This document shows, piece by piece, positions 1-11,671 of a stretch of DNA of 64,000 bases. Under the pieces are notes generated by a model. The model was not told the origin of the DNA. It saw only the letters and a program-made list of their open reading frames with translations, and did not search any database. Position 1 is the stretch's first letter. The number at the start of each line of letters is the position of its first letter. This stretch comes from Novakomyces olei (taxonomy: Eukaryota): contig JADEYG010000001.1 in the NCBI GenBank assembly GCA_016906335.1, positions 1,116,001 through 1,180,000 on the forward strand, written 5' to 3'. The position numbers were made by a program, and so were the translations under genes.

Positions 1-257
1 AACAGGCGGTAAAACTTTTATTAATATATACCTAAGTAGAATTTAAACCCATTTGAAGTAATTTTCCGTTATTATCTTATAGTATATAGAAATAAATTTA
101 TATTATAATGATAGACCCAGAACAAATTATAATAAAGAATAAATTAATTATAAAGAATACACAATCTACTAAAGCCCAAACCATGTCTATAAAACCTTTT
201 CACCCTTTGAACAACGAAAGATCTAGCTGTTTTCGTGTTTTGAAAGTTCCCAATAAT

Positions 258-2318
258 CTAGTCAAACACAATTTTTTGTGCCTTTGGCATAGACGCTGGG
301 TCATAACCCTTTGCCTCTCCGTAAGCATTTTTCTTTGGCTTCACAGTAGTACCAAATTTCAATAGTTCTTCGGGTACGGGCTGATTTGCATCACGTAAAA
401 TATTGATTAATTCACCAGAATGAGCCTTGTCAGCGGGTGAAAAAAGCGTGATAGCCAATCCCTCTCGGCCAGCACGCCCGGTACGTCCAATACGGTGCAC
501 ATAATCCTCAATAGTCAGAGGAAATGTTACATTAATCACGAGTTTAACATCAGGAATATCAAGGCCTCTAGCAGCAACGTCTGTAGCCAAAAGAATCTGC
601 TTCTCACCGGATTTAAACTCGTCCAGAGCGGCAATACGAGCGTGTTGAGACATATCGCCATGAATCGCGGTTATAGGGAACCTGCGACTGGACAAGAACG
701 CAAGCAATCTTGTGGCCTCCTTTTTGTACAGAGCAAATACTAAAATCCGATCTCGGCCATTAGAATATTGCTTTAGCAGTTCAAACAGCCTTTTCTCTTT
801 AAGCGCGGGATTTGACACAACTTCCACTACTTGTTTAATCCGCTTATTAGCCGCCAATGTATCGCTGCCAATAGTGAGTCGGACAGAATTTTCGGTTTTC
901 ATATAAGTAGAGGCCAGTCGTCGAACGCTTTCCGGCCAAGTTGCCGAAAAAAACACGGTTTGTCTTTCTGCAGTTGCAGGGCATTTATCTATAATAGCAC
1001 GAATATCTTCCTCAAAGCCCTTGTCCAGCATTCTGTCTGCCTCATCCAGGACCAAGACTCGAACTGCTGACAGATCCAGATCCCCATCCCGGGCGAGATC
1101 AAGGCACCGACCCGGAGTGGCAACAACAATTGAAGCCTTTCGCAAAGCTTGCACCTGGTCTTGTTTGCTCATGCCGCCATAAACACAGGCACATTTAAGG
1201 TTATTAAAAGCACCGAGCAACATCTCCAAATTTCCATGTGTTTGAAGAGCAAGCTCACGAGTGGGACACATAACCAGGACGGCAATTGTAGACTTTGGAC
1301 TGCCTTTAGAATTAAAAAGTTCCAAAATTTTAGCAATTGCTGGAACACCAAAGGCAACCGTTTTTCCGGACCCTGTCTCGGCTATACCAACAACGTCTTT
1401 TCCACTTAATAAATATGGCCAGGAGGTCGCTTGAATAACAGTGGGGTCCTTGTAATGAGACATTGCTCCGACAAGTCGCTCATCAACAGGGATCCAAGAA
1501 AACTTAAGTATTGGACGAAGAGCAGGTGAGGACCCAGTGTCAACAGAGACGCTGTTTTCCTGTAGATACTCGGTAATCTCCGACTCGGGTAGTGCTTTTA
1601 GTTCAGAGTTTTCCATGTAACCTTCTGCGCATTGTTAGCTTAATAGGAGAAAAGGAAATTGAAAAAGGATGAACTAAAAGAAAACAAGAAGAAGAGATCA
1701 AAATGCAATTAAAAGCAAAACAATTCTTTGGTACACATTTTCAAACGAGAAAACACATATACTTTGACTGAAACTTGGATTCGTAAAGATAGATAAAGAC
1801 CGAAACGTCTAACAGGGACGTCTAACAGAGAAATAAAAATAAAAAGACAACAAAGCTAACCAAACCAAACTGACAAAGCAAATTAAAAAGAAGAACGCTT
1901 TTTAGGCGCGCACATGCCTACTTACCCGCTAGAGATTTTGTTTGCTTTTTTGATATCGACGGCTCACTTTTCAAAGGCACTAAATTCATTGTAGATTCTT
2001 GGCTGGAAGACGCTGTTTCTACAGAGCCATCCAATTTTCCATTAGACAAACCATTGGCTCCGCCATTTTTATCCTTCTTGTGTCCGTTTTCATGCTTTGA
2101 TTTTTTCTTTGACCGTTTTTCTTTCTTGCTGGCATCTTTTTCTTCTCGAGAACGTTTCTCCAAGTGCCGATTTTCTTTATCATGCTTGCTTTTTCGTTCT
2201 TTCTTCTTCTCCTGATCAATAAAATTAGCATTAATGTAAAAAGCTAATGCGAGCGCCATACCGAGCTTTCTCTATGCTTTCGCTTCTTTTCACTGCCTTT
2301 GGATGTTGCGTCGTCCAT
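258..2318 (-). CDS. DBP3: DEAD-box RNA helicase Dbp3 (60S biogenesis); exons 2262-2318, 1926-2211, 258-1624
   Basis: Q motif, AETGSGKT, PTRELA, DEAD, SAT and HRIGRTGR motifs; Lys-rich N-terminus. GT-AG introns 2212-2261 and 1625-1925 join the exons in frame (1710 nt). Confidence 0.92.
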
Positions 2319-2704
2319 GGCAGTTTTATTTTAAAAAAAGAATTTTTGTGAGATTAGATAAAGTAGTATGCAAAAAGAAAAATGAGAATATCGAAATTTG
2401 TAAGAATTGAGATAAAAATAAATGTAAAATTAATTATTTGGCGAATTAATTACAATAAATATTATATAATGAAGCTAGAAAAACTGCCTTTTATATATAG
2501 AGTTTTATATTGCCGAGTTCAGTTTTATCAGATCTCGTTAATTTCCATTATTAATATAATTATTATTTATAATTAAAACTATAATAAATCGATTGACAGT
2601 TTGGTTCTAAAGCAATTAACCGCCGACAAACAATCTTTTATGCACATTCAACAGCCCGTCACTTATTAGCACAAAACTATTTCAACGCCAATCTTGACCG
2701 GCGC

Positions 2705-4456
2705 TCACCACATCATCCACTCCTTCCCACTATCGTCTATATAAGTCATCCACGACACTTTTCTCTCTGCACATGACCGAATGGCTTCCGCCACTTCTCT
2801 AAACATTTGTAGAAAAGGATCCGTCAACTCTAAAGTCGCAAAAATATCCAAGACTCTTTGCCGTAATTTTTCACTAACAGTTTCACAGCCAGCCAAGAAG
2901 AGTGGAAACGAAAGCTGTTTGCAGTACGTTGATGACGACATTATACACATTGCGTGCTCGATCACGCATCGAGCCAAGTACGCTCTGCGAGCTGGACTTG
3001 TAACCGTAAATTCGGGATGAACACAGTGAATGTAAAGCAAAAGCCCCCAACGCCAAACCTCAATAACATGAACCCTATTTAAAACATGGTCAGCCTCTTC
3101 AGCATCGCCAGCTGCGAAAACTGCCTCTGGATCGTCGTTACTGGCAAAACCACGTACTAATTCCTCTACTTGGGAACAGACGGCCGCCTTTTCCTCTGTC
3201 GTTGCTGCACTGGGCAACTGAGCGATGGTATGCAAGTAGGCAAACAGCTGTCCATGGCAGCCAGTGAGCGATTGAGCCTCATACATGTCCAGCTCCACGG
3301 TGACAAGGTACCGCGTATATTCTGGATCAAAAATGCACGGGTCCCTCATGATGAGCGCACGAATCATATCGCACCACGCCAGCATTACGTAGGCATTCAG
3401 AAGATACGGCGTGCGGGGATCACGGGACAGGTGCCACCGCTGCCCGGCACGTGCAAGAATATCGTGCTGGGCCACGAGTAATCGACGCCATTCGTACGTT
3501 ACCCCATCAATTGTTTGCATGGTATTTACCAGCACACTGGCCAATAATTGCTGCTCAAATGAAGTTTCCGGAAGGCCAAGCGACTCCCGGAACAGCCGAA
3601 TTGCATGTGAAACATGCTCCCGAGCGGTTTGCTCGTTTGCCAGCGTCGGGTTCTTCCGAGAGAAGGCCAGTTCTGCGTAGGAGAGGACCATATTACGGAT
3701 CCATGGGATTGTACGGGCCAGAGGGATCATATAACGGAAGGGATTCATTGCCAGTCCTTTGCTAAACGGCAGATCCGCATACTGATGCTCTACCAGCTGA
3801 AGCAACGAGTTCACCGGCGGCGTTGGCGATGATTCAAGTGGAAACGACGGTTGGCCAGTGCCCGGTTTATTGTATGACGAATCTTGCTGTGCTTCTGCGT
3901 ATTCAATGGGACTAGCGACATTGCTACTGCTATTGGCCTTCGAGCCATGGTTTGCAGGGGAATAAGCATGCAGAGACTCGTGTGCTTGCGAGGAGCTCTC
4001 TCGTGTACGTAACCGATCGGGCTCTGGCCGCGGCTGCTCTTGTCCCGGAGAAGACAGAGGCGATTCGGCCGGCAAGGCGGGTGTATTAGCAGCCATAATT
4101 TCTGCGTCTTGTCTGTGGTAAAAAGCAGCCGTCCACCTTGTATTTTTTTCATCAATTTCTTGCCCTTGCTTCGTGTTTTCATTTAGTCTTTCCAGTTTCA
4201 GGTTATTTGCAACTGCCTTTCTGGTCGGACGGGTACTGTAAGCTGCAGGCAGCTCTTTCCCCGCCTGCTTGCCACGTGACGCGACTCCATTGCCCCATTT
4301 TAGTTTTAGCGGGTAACCCGGACAAAGCGTATTGCGACCCAAACATTTCCGGCATCGGGGCCGTGACCGGTCGCATTCATAATGCTGCCTTGCGCATTCA
4401 AAGCAGTCGACGGAAGAACGGGATCGGAAATAGTTCCCCACGAGGGATGTGTCCAT
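2705..4456 (-). CDS. Zn(II)2Cys6 fungal transcription factor, intronless
   Basis: CFECARQHYECDRSRPRCRKCLGRNTLC binuclear cluster followed by GY-LKLKW; C-terminal region resembles the fungal-specific TF domain (FPLFLAGCE). Confidence 0.9.
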   Translation of the reverse strand: MDTSLVGNYFRSRSSVDCFECARQHYECDRSRPRCRKCLGRNTLCPGYPLKLKWGNGVASRGKQAGKELPAAYSTRPTRKAVANNLKLERLNENTKQGQEIDEKNTRWTAAFYHRQDAEIMAANTPALPAESPLSSPGQEQPRPEPDRLRTRESSSQAHESLHAYSPANHGSKANSSSNVASPIEYAEAQQDSSYNKPGTGQPSFPLESSPTPPVNSLLQLVEHQYADLPFSKGLAMNPFRYMIPLARTIPWIRNMVLSYAELAFSRKNPTLANEQTAREHVSHAIRLFRESLGLPETSFEQQLLASVLVNTMQTIDGVTYEWRRLLVAQHDILARAGQRWHLSRDPRTPYLLNAYVMLAWCDMIRALIMRDPCIFDPEYTRYLVTVELDMYEAQSLTGCHGQLFAYLHTIAQLPSAATTEEKAAVCSQVEELVRGFASNDDPEAVFAAGDAEEADHVLNRVHVIEVWRWGLLLYIHCVHPEFTVTSPARRAYLARCVIEHAMCIMSSSTYCKQLSFPLFLAGCETVSEKLRQRVLDIFATLELTDPFLQMFREVAEAIRSCAERKVSWMTYIDDSGKEWMMW

Positions 4457-4651
4457 CGGTGGATATTAATTGTAAAGTGATCTTCATAAACTCGTGATAG
4501 TTATGGCAAAGATGGAAAAGACGCAATAGTGGATCGAAAAACGAACCAGTGTTAGAAAAGTCTGCCTTTTTCAATTGAGCGCAATCAAGCCTGGCGTAAA
4601 CGAGATTTGTTGCACGCAATCGGGCCAAACCGAACATTAGCAGAATATTTC

Positions 4652-4816
4652 GTTTAGGCTGAGCGTTTGTTTAAACTGAGCGTTTGTTTAAACTGAGCGT
4701 TTGTTTAAACTGAGCGTTTGTTTAAACTGAGCGTTTGTTTAAACTGAGCGTTTGTTTAGGCTGAGCGTTTGTTTAGGCTGAGCGTTTGTTTAGGCTGAGC
4801 GTTTTTTTAGGCTGAG
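4652..4816. repeat. 17-bp minisatellite, 10 copies (CTGAGCGTTTGTTTA[AA/GG])
   Basis: CTGAG recurs every 17 bp from 4659 to 4812; no spacers. Confidence 0.97.
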
Positions 4817-5267
4817 TATAGATGGCCCACAACACGCGACCTTTATTGCACGCAACCTTATTAAGCGCGGCCTTTACTATCACAAACCTCTTTCTCCAGC
4901 TTTCAAGCAAAGGCAAATCGTAAAAGAACCCGATCTTTTCTACAAAATCTCTACATTTTCAGCACATCCCACGGAGGCTTTTGGCAGAATATTGCCGAAT
5001 CGGCGTCTGTGGGCCGATAAGAATATTAGGGTTAATTAAGGGTGTTTATACAAGTATAGCTATAAGCAAGGCACTACTTGCGCAGTAATATAGACGGAGG
5101 ACACTTGATTAATAATAAGCTAGAATTTAATTATTTTTATTATTCGAATCGAATAATAATAATAATAATAATAATAATACTATAAAAAAAAAACACTGAT
5201 CAACTTTAATTGTATAAGCGTATACGAGACTAGTTTAAATGGTCCTCCTGAAACCTCATACTTTTGT

Positions 5268-8200
5268 ATGAATCGAGCGCCGTTATCATTAGATCAACGG
5301 CCAATCAGCCGGCTGGTCGCTGCTGCAGTAGACCAGCCGGATCTGGCCGACTCTACGGGCTCCTTTTTCTGTGCTAGTATTCAAGGATGGGGCTGGCTCG
5401 GAGTTAACCAGGCACAGAACAATTTGACGCCCTGTGCGTACGCGCTACTCGGATCTGTGCCTTCCGTCTTGGTTATTTTTTGTGGCACTGTTCAAATAGT
5501 CCGATTTTTTTCTCGTAAACGGGAATACGGTCTGACCGGGGCTTTCTACGTCAAAATTGTAAGATTTGCCTTGGCAGGATTTCAGCCTTGACGATTTTAT
5601 TTATTTATTATCTCGACATTATTAGATTTATCTAGAAATTGTCAGATTTGGTCTTTAATCTTTATTTCATTTAGGTTTATTATTCATTTTCAATGGTTCA
5701 AAGAGTACCTGCTAATTCCCTCTCAGATCCTTACATTTTTCGCTGCTTTGGTAGAGTTGCTATACTTTATCGATGCACTGCAACAGGCTTCGGTCCTCGC
5801 TGATATAAGAATATGGACGCATATTGTCCAGCTGGTCGGGCTGTTTTTCGCAGGTGCTCTTCATTATGCGGAACAGAAAAAGTCGCTCGTTGCCGCAGGC
5901 ACTTTACTCTTTTTCTGGTTTTTCAATGCTATAATTAAGCTGGCTTATTTGTCCCTGATAGCATCAGCGTCAGTAATGCGTAAACCTCAGCTCGTATACA
6001 CGCTTGTGGGCGTATCAATTAGCATTGTTATATTTGCACAAAGCCTCTTCGTACCCTTGAATGGACGTCGGCGTATCATGCTGCACGAAGATGGGGAAGA
6101 TGAAGACGAAAAATCACCTAATGAGAGTGCAAACATCTTTTCTCGTCTAACCTTTTCATGGCTGACTCCACTAATGCGGCACGGGTACCGCCACTATCTG
6201 ACGGAGAAAGACCTATGGAGTCTTCCGGCAAACGATCGAGCGTCGTTTGTGACGGATGACTTTGAGCGTCGGTTTGCTGCTGACAATGGCAACGTCCGTT
6301 GGATGCTTTTCACCAGTCACGTGAGGCCAATGACTCTGGCGTTTGTTCTCAAGGTAATGGCGGATATTCTCTCGTTTACGCAGCCGCAGATACTGAAGCG
6401 CGTTATTATTTTTGTGACCACGTACGACCGTAATGCGGATCCACCACAGAGCACAGTTCCCGGATTCTTTTTCGCTATTTCCATGTTTGTTGTCAGTGTT
6501 TTACAGACGGCATTGATGCACCAATATTTTCAAATTTCAATAGAATCAGGAATGAGAATGCGCTCTCAGCTCTCTTGTGTTATTTACCGTAAAGCTCTCT
6601 CGCTTTCGAATGACGGAAGACTGGATAAATCAACGGGTGATATTGTAAACCACATGTCTGTTGATACGCAAAAAGTTTCGGATACAATGCAGTACCTCTT
6701 ACTCTTGATATCTTGTCCCTTCCAAATCGTGCTGTGTTTTGCATCGCTCTATGCTCTCGTTGGTTGGGCCTTTTTAGCGGGGATAGCGGTAATGGTCATC
6801 CTGATTCCGCTCAGTGTGTATCTGGCCAATTATATGAAAACGCTGCAGCAGCAGCAGATGCGTACAAAAGACAGCCGGACGCGTTTAATGACAGAGATTT
6901 TGAACAATATAAGAAGCATCAAACTTTATGCGTGGGAGGATACGTTTATGGCCCGGCTTTCTGCTATCAGAAATGGACAGGAACTGGTGATGATGCGTCG
7001 GCTGAGTCTTGTAAACGGCATTACCAATTTCACATGGTCCTGTGCACCCTTTCTCGTCTCGTGCTCAACGTTTATAGTGTACGTTACCACTTCAAGTCGG
7101 CCGCTGTCGACAGAGATTGTGTTCCCTGCCCTTACGCTCTTCAGCCTTCTGCAGTTCCCATTGGCTGCTCTGCCGATGGTAGTCTCCTCTGTAGTAGAAG
7201 CAGCAGTTGCACTGACGCGACTGTCTGTTTACTTGAATGCTCCGGAAATCCAACGTGATGCAGTTGACAGGCGACCAGCAGCTCGAGCGTTAGGGGACGC
7301 GGCCGTTTCAGTCCGTGATCTTACGGTACAGTGGACACGGGTGCCTACGGGTTTTGGTACAGAGGCTACTCTGCAGCATATAAACTTTGTAGCTCGTAAA
7401 GGCGAGCTTGCGTGTATCGTGGGCCGAGTCGGCAGTGGCAAGACGAGCTTTTTAGAGGCAACGATTGGCAATCTCTACAAGAGCCATGGCAGTATTACAC
7501 TGTGTGGGTCAGTAGCGTATGTGGCACAGTCAGCGTGGATAATGAATGCCTCTGTGAAGGAGAACATTCTGTTTGGCCATCGCTACGATCCGCACTTTTA
7601 CGAACTGACGCTCCGGGCTTGTGCGCTGGTGGAAGATTTACGTATTCTGCCCAACGGCGATGCTACAGAGGTTGGAGAGAAAGGCATTTCTCTGTCTGGC
7701 GGGCAAAAGGCACGTCTGTCCCTGGCGAGGGCAGTTTACTCCCGAGCAGATGTCTACCTGCTGGACGATGTGCTCTCCGCTGTGGACCAGCATGTAGGCA
7801 AGCACCTGCTTGCCAATGTGCTTGGCCCAGAGGGCCTTTTACGCACTAAATGCCGTGTACTGGCCACCAATAATATTGCCGTACTGTCGGCGGCAGATAC
7901 GATTACGATGCTGCAGAATGGAGAGATTATAGAGACGGGCACTTACAACGAGTGCATTGAGCGGCGGACACGGCTCTACGCACTAATGCAGGAGTTTGGA
8001 AAGGCCGTTGAGCGGCCTGAGGAGAGCGATCCTCCGAGCCGTGCAGAGGTGGCAGTCGGCGTTGGCGAGACGGGTGGTCCAGGAGGTATAGGTTCTATAG
8101 AACCTTCGATAGAAGGTTCTATAGGTTCTATAGGACCTTCTATAGAAAGAACAGGAGCAGGTTCTATAGGAAATGGAGCAGTTCCTGTAGAAGGTTCTAT

Positions 8201-10181
8201 AGAACCTCCTAAAGAAGGTTCTATAGAACATAACGGCGACAGAAAAAGGCGGACGAGCACAGTAACCCTTCGCCGGGCGAGTGTAGCGCCCTTTTACAAA
8301 CCGCACGGCCGAGCGACGGACGAAGAAGGCAGTGGATCGTCGGCGAGGGCAGAACAGGCTCAGCATGGGAGTGTCAAGTGGGAGGTGTACAAGGCGTACG
8401 CTCAGGCCTCTTCCTTCCGCTACTTTGCCGTTTACCTTTGCCTTCTCGTTTTGGCACAGGCAACGTCAGTAGCCGGCAGTGTCTGGCTCAAGCACTGGTC
8501 CGAGATCAATTCTAGAGCGGCCGCTAACCCTAATGCTGGCCTTTATATAGCAGTCTACTTTGGCCTCGGCTTCGCTTCGTCCCTGCTGATGGTCGTCTGC
8601 ACGCTTGTGCTCTTTATCCTCTGCTCTATTAGAGCCGCTCGTAATTTACATGACGGTATGGCCCTGGCTGTGTTCCACAGCCCAATGAGCTTCTTTGAAA
8701 CGACCCCGATTGGCCGTATAATGAACAGGTTCTCAAACGATGTCTTTAAAGTGGACGAGATCCTCGTCCGCGTCATCTCCATGTTCTTCCGTAACCTGTT
8801 CCAGGTCCTTTTTGTCCTTGTTGTTATCTCCTCGGGAACACCAGCCTTCACTGTCCTCATCCTGCCCCTTACTGCCTTGTACCTGTACGTACAGCAGTAC
8901 TACCTCCGCACTTCCCGTGAGCTGAAACGGCTTGATTCCACTACTCGCAGCCCCATCTTTGCCCATTTCCAGGAATCGCTGGGCGGAGTAAGCACTATCC
9001 GTGCTTACGACCAGGCCGGCCGGTTCCGACTGGAGAACGAGTGGCGAGTGGACACGAACCAGCGAGCCTGGTTCCTCTACATCTCTGCCAACCGCTGGCT
9101 TGCTGTCCGGCTCGAGTTTATCGGCAGCGTAATCATCCTGGCCTCTGCTTTCTTGGGGGTTGCTGAAGCTGTCCGTGGCAATTTGTCGGCCGGGTTTTTA
9201 GGGTTAATGCTGAGCTATTCAACTCAAGTCACACAGTCCCTCAACTGGGTCGTGCGGCAGACGGTGGACGTGGAGACGAATATCGTGTCTGTCGAACGGA
9301 TCTTGGAGTACTCTCGGCTCTCGCAGGAGGCGCCTGCCATCGTCCCAGGCCACCGTCCGGCCAGCAACTGGCCGGACAAGGGAGAGCTGCTGTTTGACCA
9401 CTACTCGGCACGGTACCGGCCAGGGCTGCCGCTTGTGCTGGACGATATAAACCTGCACATTCTGCCAAGGGAAAAGATTGGTATTGTCGGCCGAACTGGA
9501 GCCGGCAAGTCCAGTCTCAGTATGAGCCTTTTCCGGATTATTGAACCGGCCAGTGGTCGCATTGTCCTTGATGGTGTGGATATCGCCTCTATCGGCCTGC
9601 ACGATTTGCGCAGCAATCTGGCCATTATCCCGCAAGACTCTCAGGCGATAGAGGGAACTATCCGTGAAAACTTGGATCCCAGAGGCGACCATGACGATGC
9701 CACTCTGTGGCGAGTAATCCGGCAGGTGCACCTGCTCGAACTGGTCAATTCTTTTGCTGAAAAGCTGGAGGCTAAAGTGCAAGAGGGCGGATCCAACTTG
9801 TCTATGGGCCAAAAGCAGCTGATGTGTATCGGCAGAGCACTGCTGAGACCCTCCAAGGTTTTAGTGCTGGACGAGGCCACTGCCGCTGTTGACGTAGAGA
9901 CGGATAAAATCCTGCAGGAGACGATCCGCAAGGAGTTTGGGGAAAGGACTATCCTCACAATCGCTCACCGTATCAATACTATAATGGACGCTGACCGTAT
10001 TCTCGTTCTCTCCGCCGGACGAGTAGCCGAGTTTGCCTCGCCTGCTGAACTTATCAGCCGCGGACCGTCTTCCATGTTCCACTCGCTCGTCGCTGAGTCG
10101 GGGCTGCTGCCGGCCGACAGCAGTACAGAGCCGGCAGACTCGCTTGCTCGGACCGCGTCTCAAGAGGGCGGTAAAAGTTGA
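5268..10181 (+). CDS. YCF1: ABCC/MRP glutathione-conjugate transporter, Ycf1-like; intron 5559-5726
   Basis: TMD0-TMD1-NBD1-TMD2-NBD2 layout; GRVGSGKT, LSGGQKAR, GRTGAGKS, DEATAAVD; LRRAS site in the linker as in Ycf1. Exon 5268-5558 splices in frame. Confidence 0.9.
8085..8230. repeat. Palindrome-based coding repeat (AGGTTCTATAGAACCT) in the YCF1 linker
   Basis: Repeated TTCTATAG cores encoding GSIE/GSIG units; perfect 16-bp palindromes at 8090-8105 and 8192-8207. Confidence 0.9.
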
Positions 10182-10710
10182 ATATTGTGAGAAAAGTTGA
10201 ATATTGTACTAGTACCGATGTATTCCTTTTGCTGTCTAAATTTTTTTAATACTAAACAAGCCCTGATTACACTATTGCATCGAGCAGCTTTTAGCCCGTA
10301 AGAAACTCGTCGAGTTGAGACGCTATCTTTTGCCTTAGGTTGTGACAAGAATTAGCTACATAACTAATTAATTAACTAATTATTTATTTACTTATTTATT
10401 AAATAAATAAAAAGTAGCGAATAAATAAATAAATAGCGACATTTGTGTATATGACAAGTCTGCCCATATTCCGCACCATTCCTTGTGTAATATATCAAGT
10501 ATTGGGTATAGCGGGGAAGAAGCCTATCATAGAGTCTTTATTTATTCCTCTTTATTTCTCTATATTTATTTCTCTTTATTATTTCTCTTTATTTATTTCT
10601 ACATAAAGACTGATCTAAAAGTATTTAAAGTATTAATCACAGTAAAAAACACAGTAGATTATAATATCTTCAGTGCAAAGTCAAAGCAACTGCACTCGAC
10701 ACGGAGCGAA

Positions 10711-11490
10711 ATGGCTTTCAGAGCTCATAATATGCGGCTGTTTTCCACAGCCGCAAGATTGGCACAGGAATCAAAGCCTTCAGGCAGCAGTCTTTCAGTC
10801 ACACGCTCAATCAGCCCGGCAGTGCCTGGTGCCGGCCAAGATTCAGCGGCATTGACAGCGGATGTCTTTTCGGGCGCTCCGGAACAATTAAACCATCGTA
10901 TCGTACGCATTTTCAGGCCGGCAAAGACGGCGATGCAGAGCGGCATTAATCAGACCCATTACTGGCGGATTGAATGGACCATCGACCCCAAGGCAAATCG
11001 GTGGGAGAACGATCTTATTGGCTGGCAGAGCTCAGGCGATTATATGCAAGGCACACACTTGAAATTTGCTACGCCCGAGGATGCTGTTCATTTTTGTGAA
11101 AAACAGGGTACATTTGACTTGATTTTGCCTCGTTTTTGTTTGAAACTCGTCGTGCTTGTGGGTTTTAGTTGTCTGGTCTTGCAGAAATAAATAAATACTG
11201 TTCGTGTCTATCGATTCAGTCGCTTATTTCTTTGCTTACATCTCTTTTTTTCAGATTGTTTTATAAATATTATACTATTGCTATTTCGGAAATGTTTGTT
11301 GCAATTGGCCTTTTATTTGCTTTACTACAGTCTATTCTCACACTCGCTCTTCATTACAGCCGTCTACGGAATCTTCTAACGTTTAGGATGGAGCTACTTT
11401 CTGCAAAAACCAAACGACCGACATTTCCGTCCTAAATCTTATGCCACCAACTATACGTTGAATCCGCGGAAAATTGCCCACTGCAAATAG
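10711..11490 (+). CDS. NDUFS4: Complex I subunit NDUFS4 (NUO-21); intron 11108-11386
   Basis: Mitochondrial presequence; RIVRIFRPAKTAMQSG, RWENDLIGWQSSGD, FCEKQG|WSY, KSYATNY. Confidence 0.93.
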
Positions 11491-11671
11491 GTTATAGACT
11501 CAGATCTAATAACAAGTGCGTACATAATACAGGGCAAGTTTTCGCGGGTGTGCAACCGCACTTAAAATAGATTTTGGGTAAAAGGCTATAATTTAACTCG
11601 ATTTTAGCTATTAAAACTGACACTCGCTGATTATCAAATTGATCCGTGTGCACGTATATAGTATGATATCA

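Noticed and set aside
1625-1925. Intronic snoRNA in the long DBP3 intron
   Set aside because: No C box (RTGATGA) or convincing H/ACA hairpins; only T-rich sequence with an 11-bp duplication.
4652-4816. CRISPR-like array
   Set aside because: Head-to-tail repeats with no unique spacers, eukaryotic context and no cas genes. The same applies to the 14- and 15-bp arrays.
7976-8260. Antisense ORF with SIEP repeats
   Set aside because: A by-product of the palindromic repeat in YCF1.
10483-10710. N-terminal extension of the NDUFS4 ORF
   Set aside because: TTG start through AT-rich promoter sequence; the presequence begins at ATG 10711.
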